From an uncultured Acidimicrobiales bacterium (lineage in GTDB: Bacteria; Actinomycetota; Acidimicrobiia; Acidimicrobiales; UBA10347), in the NCBI GenBank assembly GCA_943788915.1, contig CALSSD010000015.1, positions 1-37,835 on the forward strand: a DNA stretch of 37,835 nucleotides. The letters are read 5' to 3'. Shown here piece after piece: positions 8,472-17,800 of the stretch (position 1 is the stretch's first letter; every line of letters starts with the position of its first letter). A program made the translations under genes and the position numbers. The notes beneath the pieces are model-generated. The model had not been told where the DNA came from. It saw nothing but the letters and a program-made list of their open reading frames with translations, and ran no database searches.

Positions 8472-9635
8472 CTAGACCTGGTTGCGCTGCCACGCCTCGA
8501 TCACATCGGCGGCGAGTTCTCCCCACGCATCGCTGCCCTTAGCACCGCCGCCATTTCCTGCGGTTGCGATGAACAGACCGTTGGCCACATGTTCGATGAG
8601 CGGTGCGCTAGTGGGCGTGCGGGTGATCACGCACGGCGCTGTGTGTACTGACGTGAATGCGACATCGGGCCACAGTGCACGCAGCTGCGCTTCGAACATC
8701 GCCAGGAAGACTTGATCAGGGTCCGTCTCAAACCATCGCTGCACGTCCTCGAGCCGGGTGAAGAACACATCGTGCGTGGTGTTGGCCCCCATCTTGATGT
8801 AGTAGCAACCGTCGGGATACTGCACCGGCGGCACCATGTAGATACTTTCGAGGTCGCCGGGGTCGTTCATGAACTTCACCGTTGGATATTTACCGAGTTG
8901 AGCAGCGTCGGCTGGCGTCACCTCGCCCAGAACAATCACTTCTGACTTGACCGTCACGTCGATCGGGCTTGGCAGCAGATTGTTGAAGTTGGAGAACGCC
9001 CCCGCCGCAACGAGGACCCGGGTGCACGTGATCTGCAGTTCTTCAGCGGTGTGCACGCAGAAGCCGGTTGCCGTCTGCACAACGTCGACGACTGTGTCCG
9101 TGATGTGTTGTGCCCCGGCGTTGGACGCCAGCACGTTCTGGGCCTGAATCAGTCGTTTCGGCCGAAGATAACCAGCTGGCGTTGGCTCGTGGGCTACGAA
9201 GTGCGTGTCTGGGAACGCCAGGCTTGGCCAGGTGTTCCGCCACGCGGCATCTCCCGGTGGATACAGCGTGAAGTCCACACCGGTTTCGTCCATAACGACA
9301 CGGGGATCGGGGCTGACCCCGTCGCCGCCAGGACGGCTCGCTATAAGACAGCCCACATCGTGGAAGAACGAGATTCCGGATCGGCGTTCGAGTTCGCGGT
9401 AGTTGCTCACGGCGCGGCCGGTTACCTGGGCCCACGCAGCGTTGCGGTCCTGGCGGCGGGTCAGGCGGGCTTCATCATTGTGGCTCGAATAGACCCGATG
9501 TGGCGGTTGCGCTTCGCCGTTGTTCAAGGTTTCGCCTGCGCCGACGCCAACAACGGTGTGACCTCGTTCGGCCAGGTGCCGCAGCGCCGCTGACCCGAAC
9601 ATGCCATTCCCGATCACAACAATGTCGGTGTGCAT
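8472..9635 (-). CDS. FAD-dependent oxidoreductase, sarcosine oxidase/SolA-like
   Basis: N-terminal VIGNGMFGSAA dinucleotide-binding motif; SSH.D.ARLTR; VAAGAFS; C-terminal GNG.GAK.SD..G.LAA. Confidence 0.85.
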   Translation of the reverse strand: MHTDIVVIGNGMFGSAALRHLAERGHTVVGVGAGETLNNGEAQPPHRVYSSHNDEARLTRRQDRNAAWAQVTGRAVSNYRELERRSGISFFHDVGCLIASRPGGDGVSPDPRVVMDETGVDFTLYPPGDAAWRNTWPSLAFPDTHFVAHEPTPAGYLRPKRLIQAQNVLASNAGAQHITDTVVDVVQTATGFCVHTAEELQITCTRVLVAAGAFSNFNNLLPSPIDVTVKSEVIVLGEVTPADAAQLGKYPTVKFMNDPGDLESIYMVPPVQYPDGCYYIKMGANTTHDVFFTRLEDVQRWFETDPDQVFLAMFEAQLRALWPDVAFTSVHTAPCVITRTPTSAPLIEHVANGLFIATAGNGGGAKGSDAWGELAADVIEAWQRNQV

Positions 9636-9641
9636 GCTGTC

Positions 9642-10502
9642 TTAGTGTTCGGCAAGCGTTGGTCCGGCGCCACGGACTCGGGTCTGGCGCATATATCGGC
9701 GCCATCGATTTGCGTCGTAACCAGCACCGCGATGGAGCACACAACGGTTATCCCAGAAGATGGTGTCGCCTTCGCTGAAGCGGTGTGAGTAGACCGCTTC
9801 AGGAATCGTGGCGGCTTCGTTGAGCTTGTCGATCAGCCGACGGCTTTCGATGCCGGACCAGCCGATGATCGACCGCGCGTGTGAACCGACGTAGAAGTTT
9901 TTCGCGCCGGTGTTCGGATTGGTCCGAACCAGCTTGTGTTCGATAGGCGGCAACGATGCTGCGTGATTGTCGTGCACCGGGGCAACCTTGGTCCGACTGA
10001 ACACATAGTCATGCAAGACATGGAGCCCGTCGATTTCGGCCTTGATGTCATCATCGAGTCGGTTATAGGCCGCTCGCTGGCTGACAAACTCGGTCTCGCC
10101 GCCCTCACCTGGCACCTCGTACGCGTGCAGAATCGACACATACGACGGCACCTGACGGAATGACGAGTCGGAATGCCACAGGTTGTTGCCCTTCTGGTTG
10201 AGCGTCTGCGGGTGCGACTCGTCTCGTTGTGTCTCGTCATCGACGACATTGCCAATCGTGCCTACGAACTGAACCTCACCAGTGCGCCCGAACAACACAT
10301 GGCCCTCTTCTGGCTCACCTAATTGGGCGGTCAGCGCGAGTTGTGCTTCGTCCGACATGGCTTGGTCTGGGAAGTGCAGTACCGAGTACTGGTCAATCGC
10401 CCAACGCAACTCAACGATCTCGTCGTCGCTCAGCGGCGATGCAAGATCGACACCAGTAATCCGTGCCCCAAAGTCGACATGTAGCGGCTCGTACTCAAAC
10501 AT
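9642..10502 (-). CDS. TauD/TfdA-family Fe(II)/2-oxoglutarate dioxygenase (TfdA-like clade)
   Basis: N.LWHSDSSF (HxD), GGETEF...RAAY, LVRTNPNTG.K..YVGSHA, WDNRCVLHR. Confidence 0.92.
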   Translation of the reverse strand: MFEYEPLHVDFGARITGVDLASPLSDDEIVELRWAIDQYSVLHFPDQAMSDEAQLALTAQLGEPEEGHVLFGRTGEVQFVGTIGNVVDDETQRDESHPQTLNQKGNNLWHSDSSFRQVPSYVSILHAYEVPGEGGETEFVSQRAAYNRLDDDIKAEIDGLHVLHDYVFSRTKVAPVHDNHAASLPPIEHKLVRTNPNTGAKNFYVGSHARSIIGWSGIESRRLIDKLNEAATIPEAVYSHRFSEGDTIFWDNRCVLHRGAGYDANRWRRYMRQTRVRGAGPTLAEH

Positions 10503-10534
10503 AGAATGACTCCATTGGTAGTGCGTGGCTGAGT

Positions 10535-11354
10535 TCAGGCTCGGTCGAGGGCGGCGATGAAGCCGGCGAACTCATCGGCGGGTGCAATCACCGTTTCAGT
10601 CTCGTTGGGGAACCCGCCGCATGTTACGTCGGCACGGAAGGCAGCAAGTGCCCGAACCCGTTCATCACGGATCTGGTCCTGCAGTGTTGCGATGTCGCCG
10701 TACTGACGGGCGTGGCGCGGAACTCGTCCTTCGCCACAGATGTCGGAGCTGAACAGGAACAACACGTCGGCGCCTGCTCCCGAGCCCAGTGAGATCGTCG
10801 CCATGCCGGTGCGGTCGTTGATAACAGCCATGACATTTGCCGGGATGAGCTCACACTCGACAGCGAACGCTCCCGCGTTTTCGAGCCGCTGGAATTGTGC
10901 CCAGAGTGCCGTGGCCTCGGTTGCGGTCTTGCCTACCGAACGAATACCGCCGTAGATCGTTGACTTCTTGGGACAAACCCAAGATGACCCATGACCGGTA
11001 TGTCTTCGGCTACCAACCGCTCCACCGATCTGAGGCTTCGAGCGGTGATGACAGCGTCTGCGCCATCGGCCAGCGCCTCAAACGCTGCGCCAAGGATGTC
11101 GTCTTCGGTGATCGCTCCGCCAAAGTCGATGGCAGCAGTTACGAAAACCTGTGAAGAACCTTGTCGCACGCAGGCACAGAATTGGCCATGCAGACCACCA
11201 TTTCGATACCAGCGAGCTCGGCAGCGTGTGCCTCGTCGGCCGTTCCCGCAGTGACCTGGGCAAGCTGTCGACCGTCGGCCTTCAGGTTTGTGATCGTGGC
11301 AACGGTGACCGTACGGTCTGCCTCTTGCCCGTTGTAGTCAAGGATGCGCACCAT
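10535..11354 (-). CDS. PanB-like (ketopantoate hydroxymethyltransferase family), divergent; frameshifts at ~11170 and ~10966
   Basis: Reconstructed IPVMGHLGFVP...GGIRSVGKTA.EA...LENAGAFAVECELIP...I.LGSG...D...LF..DI.G...PRHA..Y...AF..DV..GGFP is the PanB C-terminal signature. The N-terminus lacks the canonical GDS motif. Confidence 0.8.
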
Positions 11355-11376
11355 CTTGTCTCTTCCTGGACTGTGG

Positions 11377-12567
11377 CTAGAGGTGTGGGCCGATAGCAGC
11401 GGCGGCAGCGGCAACGCCCGAGCCACCCACAGGTGTGCCAAGTGAATGAAGCGCTGCTTCGATTGTGCCGAGAGCACCCAGGATCATCGGTGGGTTGAGA
11501 TGCCCCATGTGGGCAAGGCGGAAACCATCGATACCAGCGATACCGAGACCAAGAATGAGCCCTGCTTGTTGTTCACACAATGTGCGTAACTCCGACGGGT
11601 CGAGCCCACCAGTGAGCACGGTGGTGACACAGTTCGATCGGCTCGCTGGGTCCAGAATGTTGAACTCAAGGCCTCCAGGAGTTGACCAGGCGTCGACGGC
11701 AGCCTTCACGGCTGAAGCGAGGATCTCGTGGCGACGCCAGGTGGCTTCGAGACCGCCCTCTTCTTCGATGATGTCGAGCGCTACGAGTAGGCCTCGTAAA
11801 TGAGCGATCGGTGGGGTGCCCGCGTAGTAGCTGTACATGTTGCTGCGGTCTTGACGAGCTTCCCAGTCGAAGTAACCAACACGACGATCAGCTCGGGCGT
11901 GGGCTGCGAGTGCTTTCTCGCTCGCCCACACGAACGAGATGCCTGGCGGGACCATCAGGCCCTTCTGGCAGCCGGCCAAGGCGATGTCGACGCCCCACTC
12001 GTCCATCAGGAACTCTTCGCAGCCCATCGACGCGATGCAGTCGACCATGAATAATGCCGGGTGTGCGGCCGCGTCTATGGCTCGACGCAGTGCCGGGATG
12101 TCGTTGCGTACCGAACTAGCGGTGTCGACATGGGCGACCAGCACCGCCTTGATCTCGTGATTGGTGTCTTCGGCCAGCCGGGCTTCGAGCGCAGCGGGAT
12201 CGACCGGATCGCGGTCGGTGCCCTCGAGCACCTCGACCTCGATATCAGATACCGCGGTGTAGACGCCCCAGATCGTGGCGAACCGTCCGGCCTCGGCAAC
12301 CAGCACCTTGTCGCCAGCCGCCAGGGTGTTCGACGTGGCCATCTGCCAGCCACCATGGCCGTTACCGGTGATGATGAAACACTCACCTTCGGTCTTGGCG
12401 ACACCCGGCAGACGTTCTCGCACGATGGCTTGCTCTGCAACCAGCGGCCCTTCGTACAGATCAGGCATCGCCTGCGAGAAGGCCGCGAGCACCCGGTCAG
12501 GGATGATCGACGGTCCGGGAATGGCCGCCATCTGGCGACCCCATTTAAGTGAGCTCTTTTCAGACAT
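11377..12567 (-). CDS. Class V PLP aminotransferase (serine/alanine-glyoxylate aminotransferase-like)
   Basis: IPGPS, GNGHGGW, GRF...W, HVDTASSV.ND, VDCIAS, GCQKGLMVPPG (PLP Lys), FRLAHMGH. Confidence 0.92.
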   Translation of the reverse strand: MSEKSSLKWGRQMAAIPGPSIIPDRVLAAFSQAMPDLYEGPLVAEQAIVRERLPGVAKTEGECFIITGNGHGGWQMATSNTLAAGDKVLVAEAGRFATIWGVYTAVSDIEVEVLEGTDRDPVDPAALEARLAEDTNHEIKAVLVAHVDTASSVRNDIPALRRAIDAAAHPALFMVDCIASMGCEEFLMDEWGVDIALAGCQKGLMVPPGISFVWASEKALAAHARADRRVGYFDWEARQDRSNMYSYYAGTPPIAHLRGLLVALDIIEEEGGLEATWRRHEILASAVKAAVDAWSTPGGLEFNILDPASRSNCVTTVLTGGLDPSELRTLCEQQAGLILGLGIAGIDGFRLAHMGHLNPPMILGALGTIEAALHSLGTPVGGSGVAAAAAAIGPHL

Positions 12568-12599
12568 CGTTGGTCACCCTAGTAGGCAACGAGGACGCT

Positions 12600-13259
12600 C
12601 TACCCCACCCCGTGGCCACGGAAGAACTCCAGCGTTCGTTCGAGAGCGACCGCAGCAGACTCGGGATGGCTCGAGCCTCGCACATCACAGTTGAAGCCAT
12701 GATCGGCATTGTCATAGACATGGACCTGCACATCGGGGTACATGGCCGCAACCTCGTGCACGCCGTCGAGTGGGATGTGGGCATCAAGCGCACCGAAGTG
12801 CAACATCACCGGCACCGCCGGGGCCTTGTCCCGACCGCCGTGAATACCGCCGCCGTAGTAACCAACCGCTGCCGCAACCGGTGTGGCGTTCGCAGCCAGC
12901 CACGCAATCGTTCCGCCGTAGCAATAACCAACGATGCCAACTGGCCCTGTGGCCGCAACGTGTTCAATTGCTGCCGCGACATCGAGCATGGACTGCTCGA
13001 TATCGAGCTGGCCAGCGAACCCTCGACCTGCCTCGATGCCGTCGGCGTCGTAGCCAAGCTCAACACCACGCTCGACCCGGTCGAACATGGCAGGAGCGAT
13101 CACGTGGTAACCCTGGGCGGCGTAGCCGTCGGCGACCGAACGAATATGTGCATTCACGCCGAAGATCTCTTGGATTACTACCATCGAAGCGGTTGCTCCG
13201 TCGGGGTGGACTTCGTAGGCGTCGAGCGTGTGGCCGTCTGATGCGGTGAGCGTGGTCAT
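12600..13259 (-). CDS. Dienelactone hydrolase family protein
   Basis: QEIFGVNAHIR, GYCYGG nucleophile, HFG..D..IP, ADHGFNCD.R.S. Confidence 0.93.
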   Translation of the reverse strand: MTTLTASDGHTLDAYEVHPDGATASMVVIQEIFGVNAHIRSVADGYAAQGYHVIAPAMFDRVERGVELGYDADGIEAGRGFAGQLDIEQSMLDVAAAIEHVAATGPVGIVGYCYGGTIAWLAANATPVAAAVGYYGGGIHGGRDKAPAVPVMLHFGALDAHIPLDGVHEVAAMYPDVQVHVYDNADHGFNCDVRGSSHPESAAVALERTLEFFRGHGVG

Positions 13260-13330
13260 GTCACTGTTCTAGCCGCTCAGTGGCAACCTGGTGGTCCAGC
13301 CGTGACGATGAGTTGCCCGATGTTGCCGCT

Positions 13331-14185
13331 CTAACCAGCGTCGTAGATCTGTTCCCAGTCCAGCTGATCATCCGGTGGCAACAAGGCAGCAAGCTCAGAC
13401 AGCAGGTCAAAGAGGCGGCGGCCGCGTTGTTCACCGAGCTTCTCCCATACCGGGAAGTCGAGTTTGTCAGTCATTGCTTCGACCCGGGCACGCCCCTGGT
13501 GGCACGCGTCGGTGGCAGTGCCGTTGGCATCAAGCCAGCCCCGAGACTGCAGTCGGCTCACGGCCGCTGCTTCCTCGGCCTCACTCCAACCTGCTTCGTC
13601 GCGAATCCATTCGCGGGGTGCACCGCCCACCGCGACATGGGAGACGATCGACTCGATGCCGTCGAGGCCTTCGGCACACACGGCGATGAGATGGTTGCCG
13701 CTTCGGTACTCGCGCAACAGTGTGCAGCCATGCCAAAGCGCAAGGTGTGGGTCACTCGGCCAGTCGAGCGAGGCCCATGCTGTGTACAAGAGGCGACCGA
13801 TCGGGTCGCAGCCTCGGGTGGCAAGCCGCACCAGTTCAGCAGCTTCGACGAAGGCCGGAGCTGAGACATCTTCATACGTGGCGCGCAACGAGCGATCCAT
13901 GCCTCGGTACCGGGCTTCGATGATGTCGGACGGCGTTGCAAAAGTCCACGCATCGGGAATAGCCCGGTGCACCCGATCAGGTGCGTAGTAGAAGAAGGTG
14001 GACTCCACGACCTGGGCACTGACCGGTCCTACCGGAGCTATGCGGGTAGCGAAGTAGTTCATCCAGAACCCTTTCAGCCCGGCAGCCGAACCTTCCTCCC
14101 GTGGCTCTGGAGCGATGTAGGTGAGTCCATGAAAGCGCTCAACCGCTTCCCACATCGGCCGGCTTACCGTCGCATCGATGCTCAC
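13331..14185 (-). CDS. SCO6745-family protein (unknown function)
   Basis: R.MW...E..H...Y.APE, GLKGFW..YFA.R.AP.G, AIP.AW, LW....LLREYR...H, GWS..E, R..VE..TD. Confidence 0.8.
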   Translation of the reverse strand: MSIDATVSRPMWEAVERFHGLTYIAPEPREEGSAAGLKGFWMNYFATRIAPVGPVSAQVVESTFFYYAPDRVHRAIPDAWTFATPSDIIEARYRGMDRSLRATYEDVSAPAFVEAAELVRLATRGCDPIGRLLYTAWASLDWPSDPHLALWHGCTLLREYRSGNHLIAVCAEGLDGIESIVSHVAVGGAPREWIRDEAGWSEAEEAAAVSRLQSRGWLDANGTATDACHQGRARVEAMTDKLDFPVWEKLGEQRGRRLFDLLSELAALLPPDDQLDWEQIYDAG

Positions 14186-14341
14186 CTGGTCAACGTCCGA
14201 ACAACCACTGGCGCGGCCGGGGCCGCGGTTACCAGGCCAATCGAGCCGGTGCAGAAGATGCTGGGCTACGGAAGATACTGGGCTTACGGAGGTACGAATA
14301 CTGCGATGTCACCGTGCTAGCTCACTCGCTCAGGCACTCCG

Positions 14342-14470
14342 ATGCAAATATTCGATGGCGGCGGGTTGTCCCCTGCTGCAGTTCTGGCACGCGAGCTCGA
14401 TATCCCAACAGTGATTGATGTGCCCGGCGCTCTATCGATTGCCGACAGCAGCACGGTCCAGCTGCACTAA
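14342..14470 (+). pseudogene. Remnant of a PEP-utilising-enzyme mobile (phospho-His swivel) domain
   Basis: MQIFDGGGLSPAAVLARELDIPTVIDVPGALSIADSSTVQLH* matches GGxxSHAAxxARExGIPxV, with the His codon replaced by CCT (Pro). Only 42 aa. Confidence 0.6.
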
Positions 14471-16170
14471 TCCAAGATGAGTGTGGCCGTCTTGGTGCCA
14501 GCGCGTTGGTGGCTGGCAGTTATGCGAAGTTCGGTGCCGCGCGTGGCACGCACGGTCCATGCCGCGAGGGCTCGCTCGGGAGAACCACCGTCGCCTTGGT
14601 TGAAACGGGCCGACATCGATCCTGCGAGTTGACCGATCTCGCGCCGGGCCGGACCGTCGATCACGTCACCGCCAGCAAGTTCGACAGCTGCCGAACGGAC
14701 GATGTTGTCCTTCTTGGCCTTCTCAGTGACATAGGTGGGCAACCAGCCGGTATTGGCCACGCCGACCGTGACACGCCACGTGTCTTGGCCCAGTGCTTCG
14801 ACCGACGTGTGTTTGATCTCGATGCAAGGTGCGGCCAACGCTTGATGCACCGCGAACTCGCAATGGGAGTCGACCTCCTCCCTCAACAGGTGCAGCGGCG
14901 GGTTGGTCCATGAGTACAGGTCATTCCAACCACCGAGCTCAACCATGCCAAGTTGAGGATGGTCGAAGTCGTACCAGTCGACGAACCCCATGGTGTTCTG
15001 ATCCCCGCTGGATGGATGAGACCGCTCTTGCTCGTCGAGCCACTGGAGCACTGCCAACGACTGTTCGTCGGTAGCCCCGATGTACCACGACTTGGTCGAC
15101 ACCTTGGTGCCGGTAGCGGCATGCACGATGTCCCAGAACTCGGTCGTCCAGCCAAACACCCCCAGGTGTTCATACGCCCAGTCGTCAGAAGCCCCACTCA
15201 TTGTTTCGGAATAGTCCCAGGTGAAGTCCTCGTACACCGAGTGCCCTGGGTAACCAGTGAGCGCAGCGCCAGTCTCCGCGAACTGCTTCCACACCCACAC
15301 GTCATTTGGCGGCAGCGTGGCGTCAGCGGCGGTCGATGATGGTCGAAGGAGCACACCTCCGGACGTGTGGAACGCGTTAAAGCCACACACGTTAGGCCGA
15401 GCCATGAGCGCACGCACGAGTGCGTCGATCTCAGGTTCAGAGAGCGGATGATCGCCAGATCCTGGCACCGTCGTTCCCCAGCCAGCTGGATAATTGCGGT
15501 TCATGTCCAAACCCTCGGGCGGCCGAGGCTTGGGCACAGTGAAGCCGTCGTAGCTCTCGATCGTGCCTTCGGCCAGCACCCGGTATCGGGGTGTGCCCGC
15601 GGGCGGTCCTTGCGGCAGCACCGGAATGAGCAGTCGGGCATCGTCGGGGTGCGGCATCCACTGGCCGTCGGGGTCAGCGATGCGCATCTGCAGGATGCGG
15701 CCGTCGCCGTCGATGTCCTCGCTGAGATGGCCGGGCATACGGTGACCGTTGGCCAACGGCCACGGACGGACACTCGATCGGCGAAACTTTGGGGTGTCGG
15801 CCATTGCCCATTCGGCACCATCGGGATTCACCCGAGGCACGATGTAGAAGGTCCGAGTCTGCAGCGCCCGAACCATCTGTTCATCGCCAGTTGTGAACCC
15901 ATCGACCAGGCGTTGCAGCACCCGACAGGCAGCCACCGTGGCGGTCAGTTCAACCGCATGGATCGACGCATCGATCCAATGAGCTGGTTTGGTGTCATGA
16001 GACCCTGTCGACGAATCCGTGATGGTCGCGATCAACAGATCGCGCCCTTCGAACGACTGCCCATACGTCTCAATCGTCACGAGATCCGGATGAGCTCCCG
16101 CTACAGCATTGAGCCATTCGGCGAGTTCCTCGTATCGCAGAAACCGGTCGAAGTCGTAGGACTTGTACAT
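14467..16170 (-). CDS. M14-family zinc carboxypeptidase
   Basis: G.S.EGRD, IHAVE (HxxE), VNPDG, DMNRNYP, SEPE, FHTSGG, TTEFW. Confidence 0.92.
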   Translation of the reverse strand: MYKSYDFDRFLRYEELAEWLNAVAGAHPDLVTIETYGQSFEGRDLLIATITDSSTGSHDTKPAHWIDASIHAVELTATVAACRVLQRLVDGFTTGDEQMVRALQTRTFYIVPRVNPDGAEWAMADTPKFRRSSVRPWPLANGHRMPGHLSEDIDGDGRILQMRIADPDGQWMPHPDDARLLIPVLPQGPPAGTPRYRVLAEGTIESYDGFTVPKPRPPEGLDMNRNYPAGWGTTVPGSGDHPLSEPEIDALVRALMARPNVCGFNAFHTSGGVLLRPSSTAADATLPPNDVWVWKQFAETGAALTGYPGHSVYEDFTWDYSETMSGASDDWAYEHLGVFGWTTEFWDIVHAATGTKVSTKSWYIGATDEQSLAVLQWLDEQERSHPSSGDQNTMGFVDWYDFDHPQLGMVELGGWNDLYSWTNPPLHLLREEVDSHCEFAVHQALAAPCIEIKHTSVEALGQDTWRVTVGVANTGWLPTYVTEKAKKDNIVRSAAVELAGGDVIDGPARREIGQLAGSMSARFNQGDGGSPERALAAWTVRATRGTELRITASHQRAGTKTATLILD

Positions 16171-16181
16171 GAGTGCTCCGC

Positions 16182-17318
16182 TCAGAACTGGCTGGTGTTG
16201 GTGGGCAGGCCGAATAGGTAACGCCCCAACGGCTCCATGGTGCGGGGTGCAACCATGCCGTGGGTGATGGCCACATGGGCGTCACGGAACACTCGTTGCA
16301 GCGGGCTGGTTGTGTACACAGCGCTGCTGCCGGCCGCGTGATAACACAGATCTACTGCCTCGACGCTTCGATGCGCCGCAGCGGTGGCCGCCAATCGGAT
16401 CTCGACCCGATCATCATCACTGACCGGGGCGCCTGACTCGGATCGTTCCCAGATTGCGTCGGTCGTGCTGTGAAGATAACTGCGGGCTTGGCGGACGTTA
16501 GCCACCGCCTTCGCCAGATCGGCTTGCAGCGTGGCTCGTTCGGCCAAACCCTTCTTTGATCCCGTCGAACGTTTTTCGCTTAAGGCAATGATCTCTTCGA
16601 TGGCCCGTTCGCCCAGGCCGATCAGACACGCGGCCACGCCGGCTCCAAGCGCGCCGAAGAAGGGAAAACGCCCTAGCGGGCTATCTATTACCGGCGAGCC
16701 GCTCAGCAAGTCGGCCCATCGTCCCTCGGGCACGAACGCCTTGGTGACGGCGTAGTCGGTTGATGCCGTGCCCTTGAGCCCGGATACATGCCAGGTGTCG
16801 AGCAGTTCCACATCGGCAGGTTCGAAGAAGACGAACGGCGCAAACGCGCCGTCCGCGGTGACCGTGGATTCGCCCGACTGGTCAACGACCCGAATGCCGC
16901 CGCCAATCCAGGTGCAGTGGTCGGTGCCGGACCCCCACGCCCACTGTCCTGTCACTTCGAGTCCACCGTCGACGAGTTTTCCTGTGCCTGCGGGCATACC
17001 GAACCCTCCGGTGCAGGCTGTCGGGTCGTTATAGATGGTGTCGGCCCAATCGGCCCGGATCCGATGCGAGGTGAGTGCCGTGGTATTCGCGATCATCACA
17101 CACCATCCCGCTGCACCGTCGGCTCGGGCGGCGTCTTCGATGGTCTGCAACACGCTCGTGACCGAAGCCGCCTCTCCCCCGTACTCGGCTGCCACCCACC
17201 GCCGTAACATTCCAGCGTTGGTTAACGCCGAGGTCACATCATCGTGAAGATGGCCCAACATTTCCGACTCAGGTGCCCGGTCACGGGCAACATCCAGAGC
17301 AGTTTGATCGATCACCAT
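16182..17318 (-). CDS. Acyl-CoA-dehydrogenase-fold flavin-dependent monooxygenase (HsaA/IacA-like)
   Basis: YGG, D.AAGW, G.W.WGSG..H..W, DTWHVSGL.GTAS.D, LQR.FRD.H....H. Confidence 0.85.
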   Translation of the reverse strand: MVIDQTALDVARDRAPESEMLGHLHDDVTSALTNAGMLRRWVAAEYGGEAASVTSVLQTIEDAARADGAAGWCVMIANTTALTSHRIRADWADTIYNDPTACTGGFGMPAGTGKLVDGGLEVTGQWAWGSGTDHCTWIGGGIRVVDQSGESTVTADGAFAPFVFFEPADVELLDTWHVSGLKGTASTDYAVTKAFVPEGRWADLLSGSPVIDSPLGRFPFFGALGAGVAACLIGLGERAIEEIIALSEKRSTGSKKGLAERATLQADLAKAVANVRQARSYLHSTTDAIWERSESGAPVSDDDRVEIRLAATAAAHRSVEAVDLCYHAAGSSAVYTTSPLQRVFRDAHVAITHGMVAPRTMEPLGRYLFGLPTNTSQF

Positions 17319-17377
17319 GTCAACCTAGAGGCACGCTCGCTTCAACGCGAAGCTCAAGTTCTCGCTACTGTCCACGT

Positions 17378-17761
17378 ATGGCAACAGTTTCTTTCGAAGG
17401 TGAAACCCACGATGAGATCGTGGGCAAGGTCCGCGCTTGGCTCGAATCGGTCGACGCTGGTGAAACCGACATGGCGGCCATGATTAATCAACAGGCCGCC
17501 ATCACGAAGGATGCGCTGCGCATTATCGCCCAGTCAGCACCTGGCCCGATCTCCGATAGTGAGGTCCTGAAGTCGCTCACCAAGATGGGTTACAAGGCGA
17601 CCGACGCCACCCGCGACGCTGCCCTCACGGCACTCACTTCGCTCGAGTCGGCAACCGGCGGCTCCATGGTCAAGAACGTGGCCGACCAGGGGTCCAAGGC
17701 GATGTTCAAGATGAACTCGGCAATTGCCAAGCAGTTCTTGAAAGCTGTCACCAACGACTGA
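17378..17761 (+). CDS. Hypothetical protein (127 aa)
   Basis: Clean ORF with GC3-rich codons starting MATVSFEGETHDEIVGKVRAWL; it fills the gap between flanking minus-strand genes. Confidence 0.75.
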   Translation: MATVSFEGETHDEIVGKVRAWLESVDAGETDMAAMINQQAAITKDALRIIAQSAPGPISDSEVLKSLTKMGYKATDATRDAALTALTSLESATGGSMVKNVADQGSKAMFKMNSAIAKQFLKAVTND

Positions 17762-17800
17762 CTCCCCCTGACGGCTTAGGACCCCTGGCGACTAACGCCG

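Noticed and set aside
12600..13259. Dienelactone hydrolase as proof of a chlorocatechol pathway linked to rdhA
   Set aside because: The family is widespread, and no chlorocatechol dioxygenase, cycloisomerase or maleylacetate reductase is present in the window.
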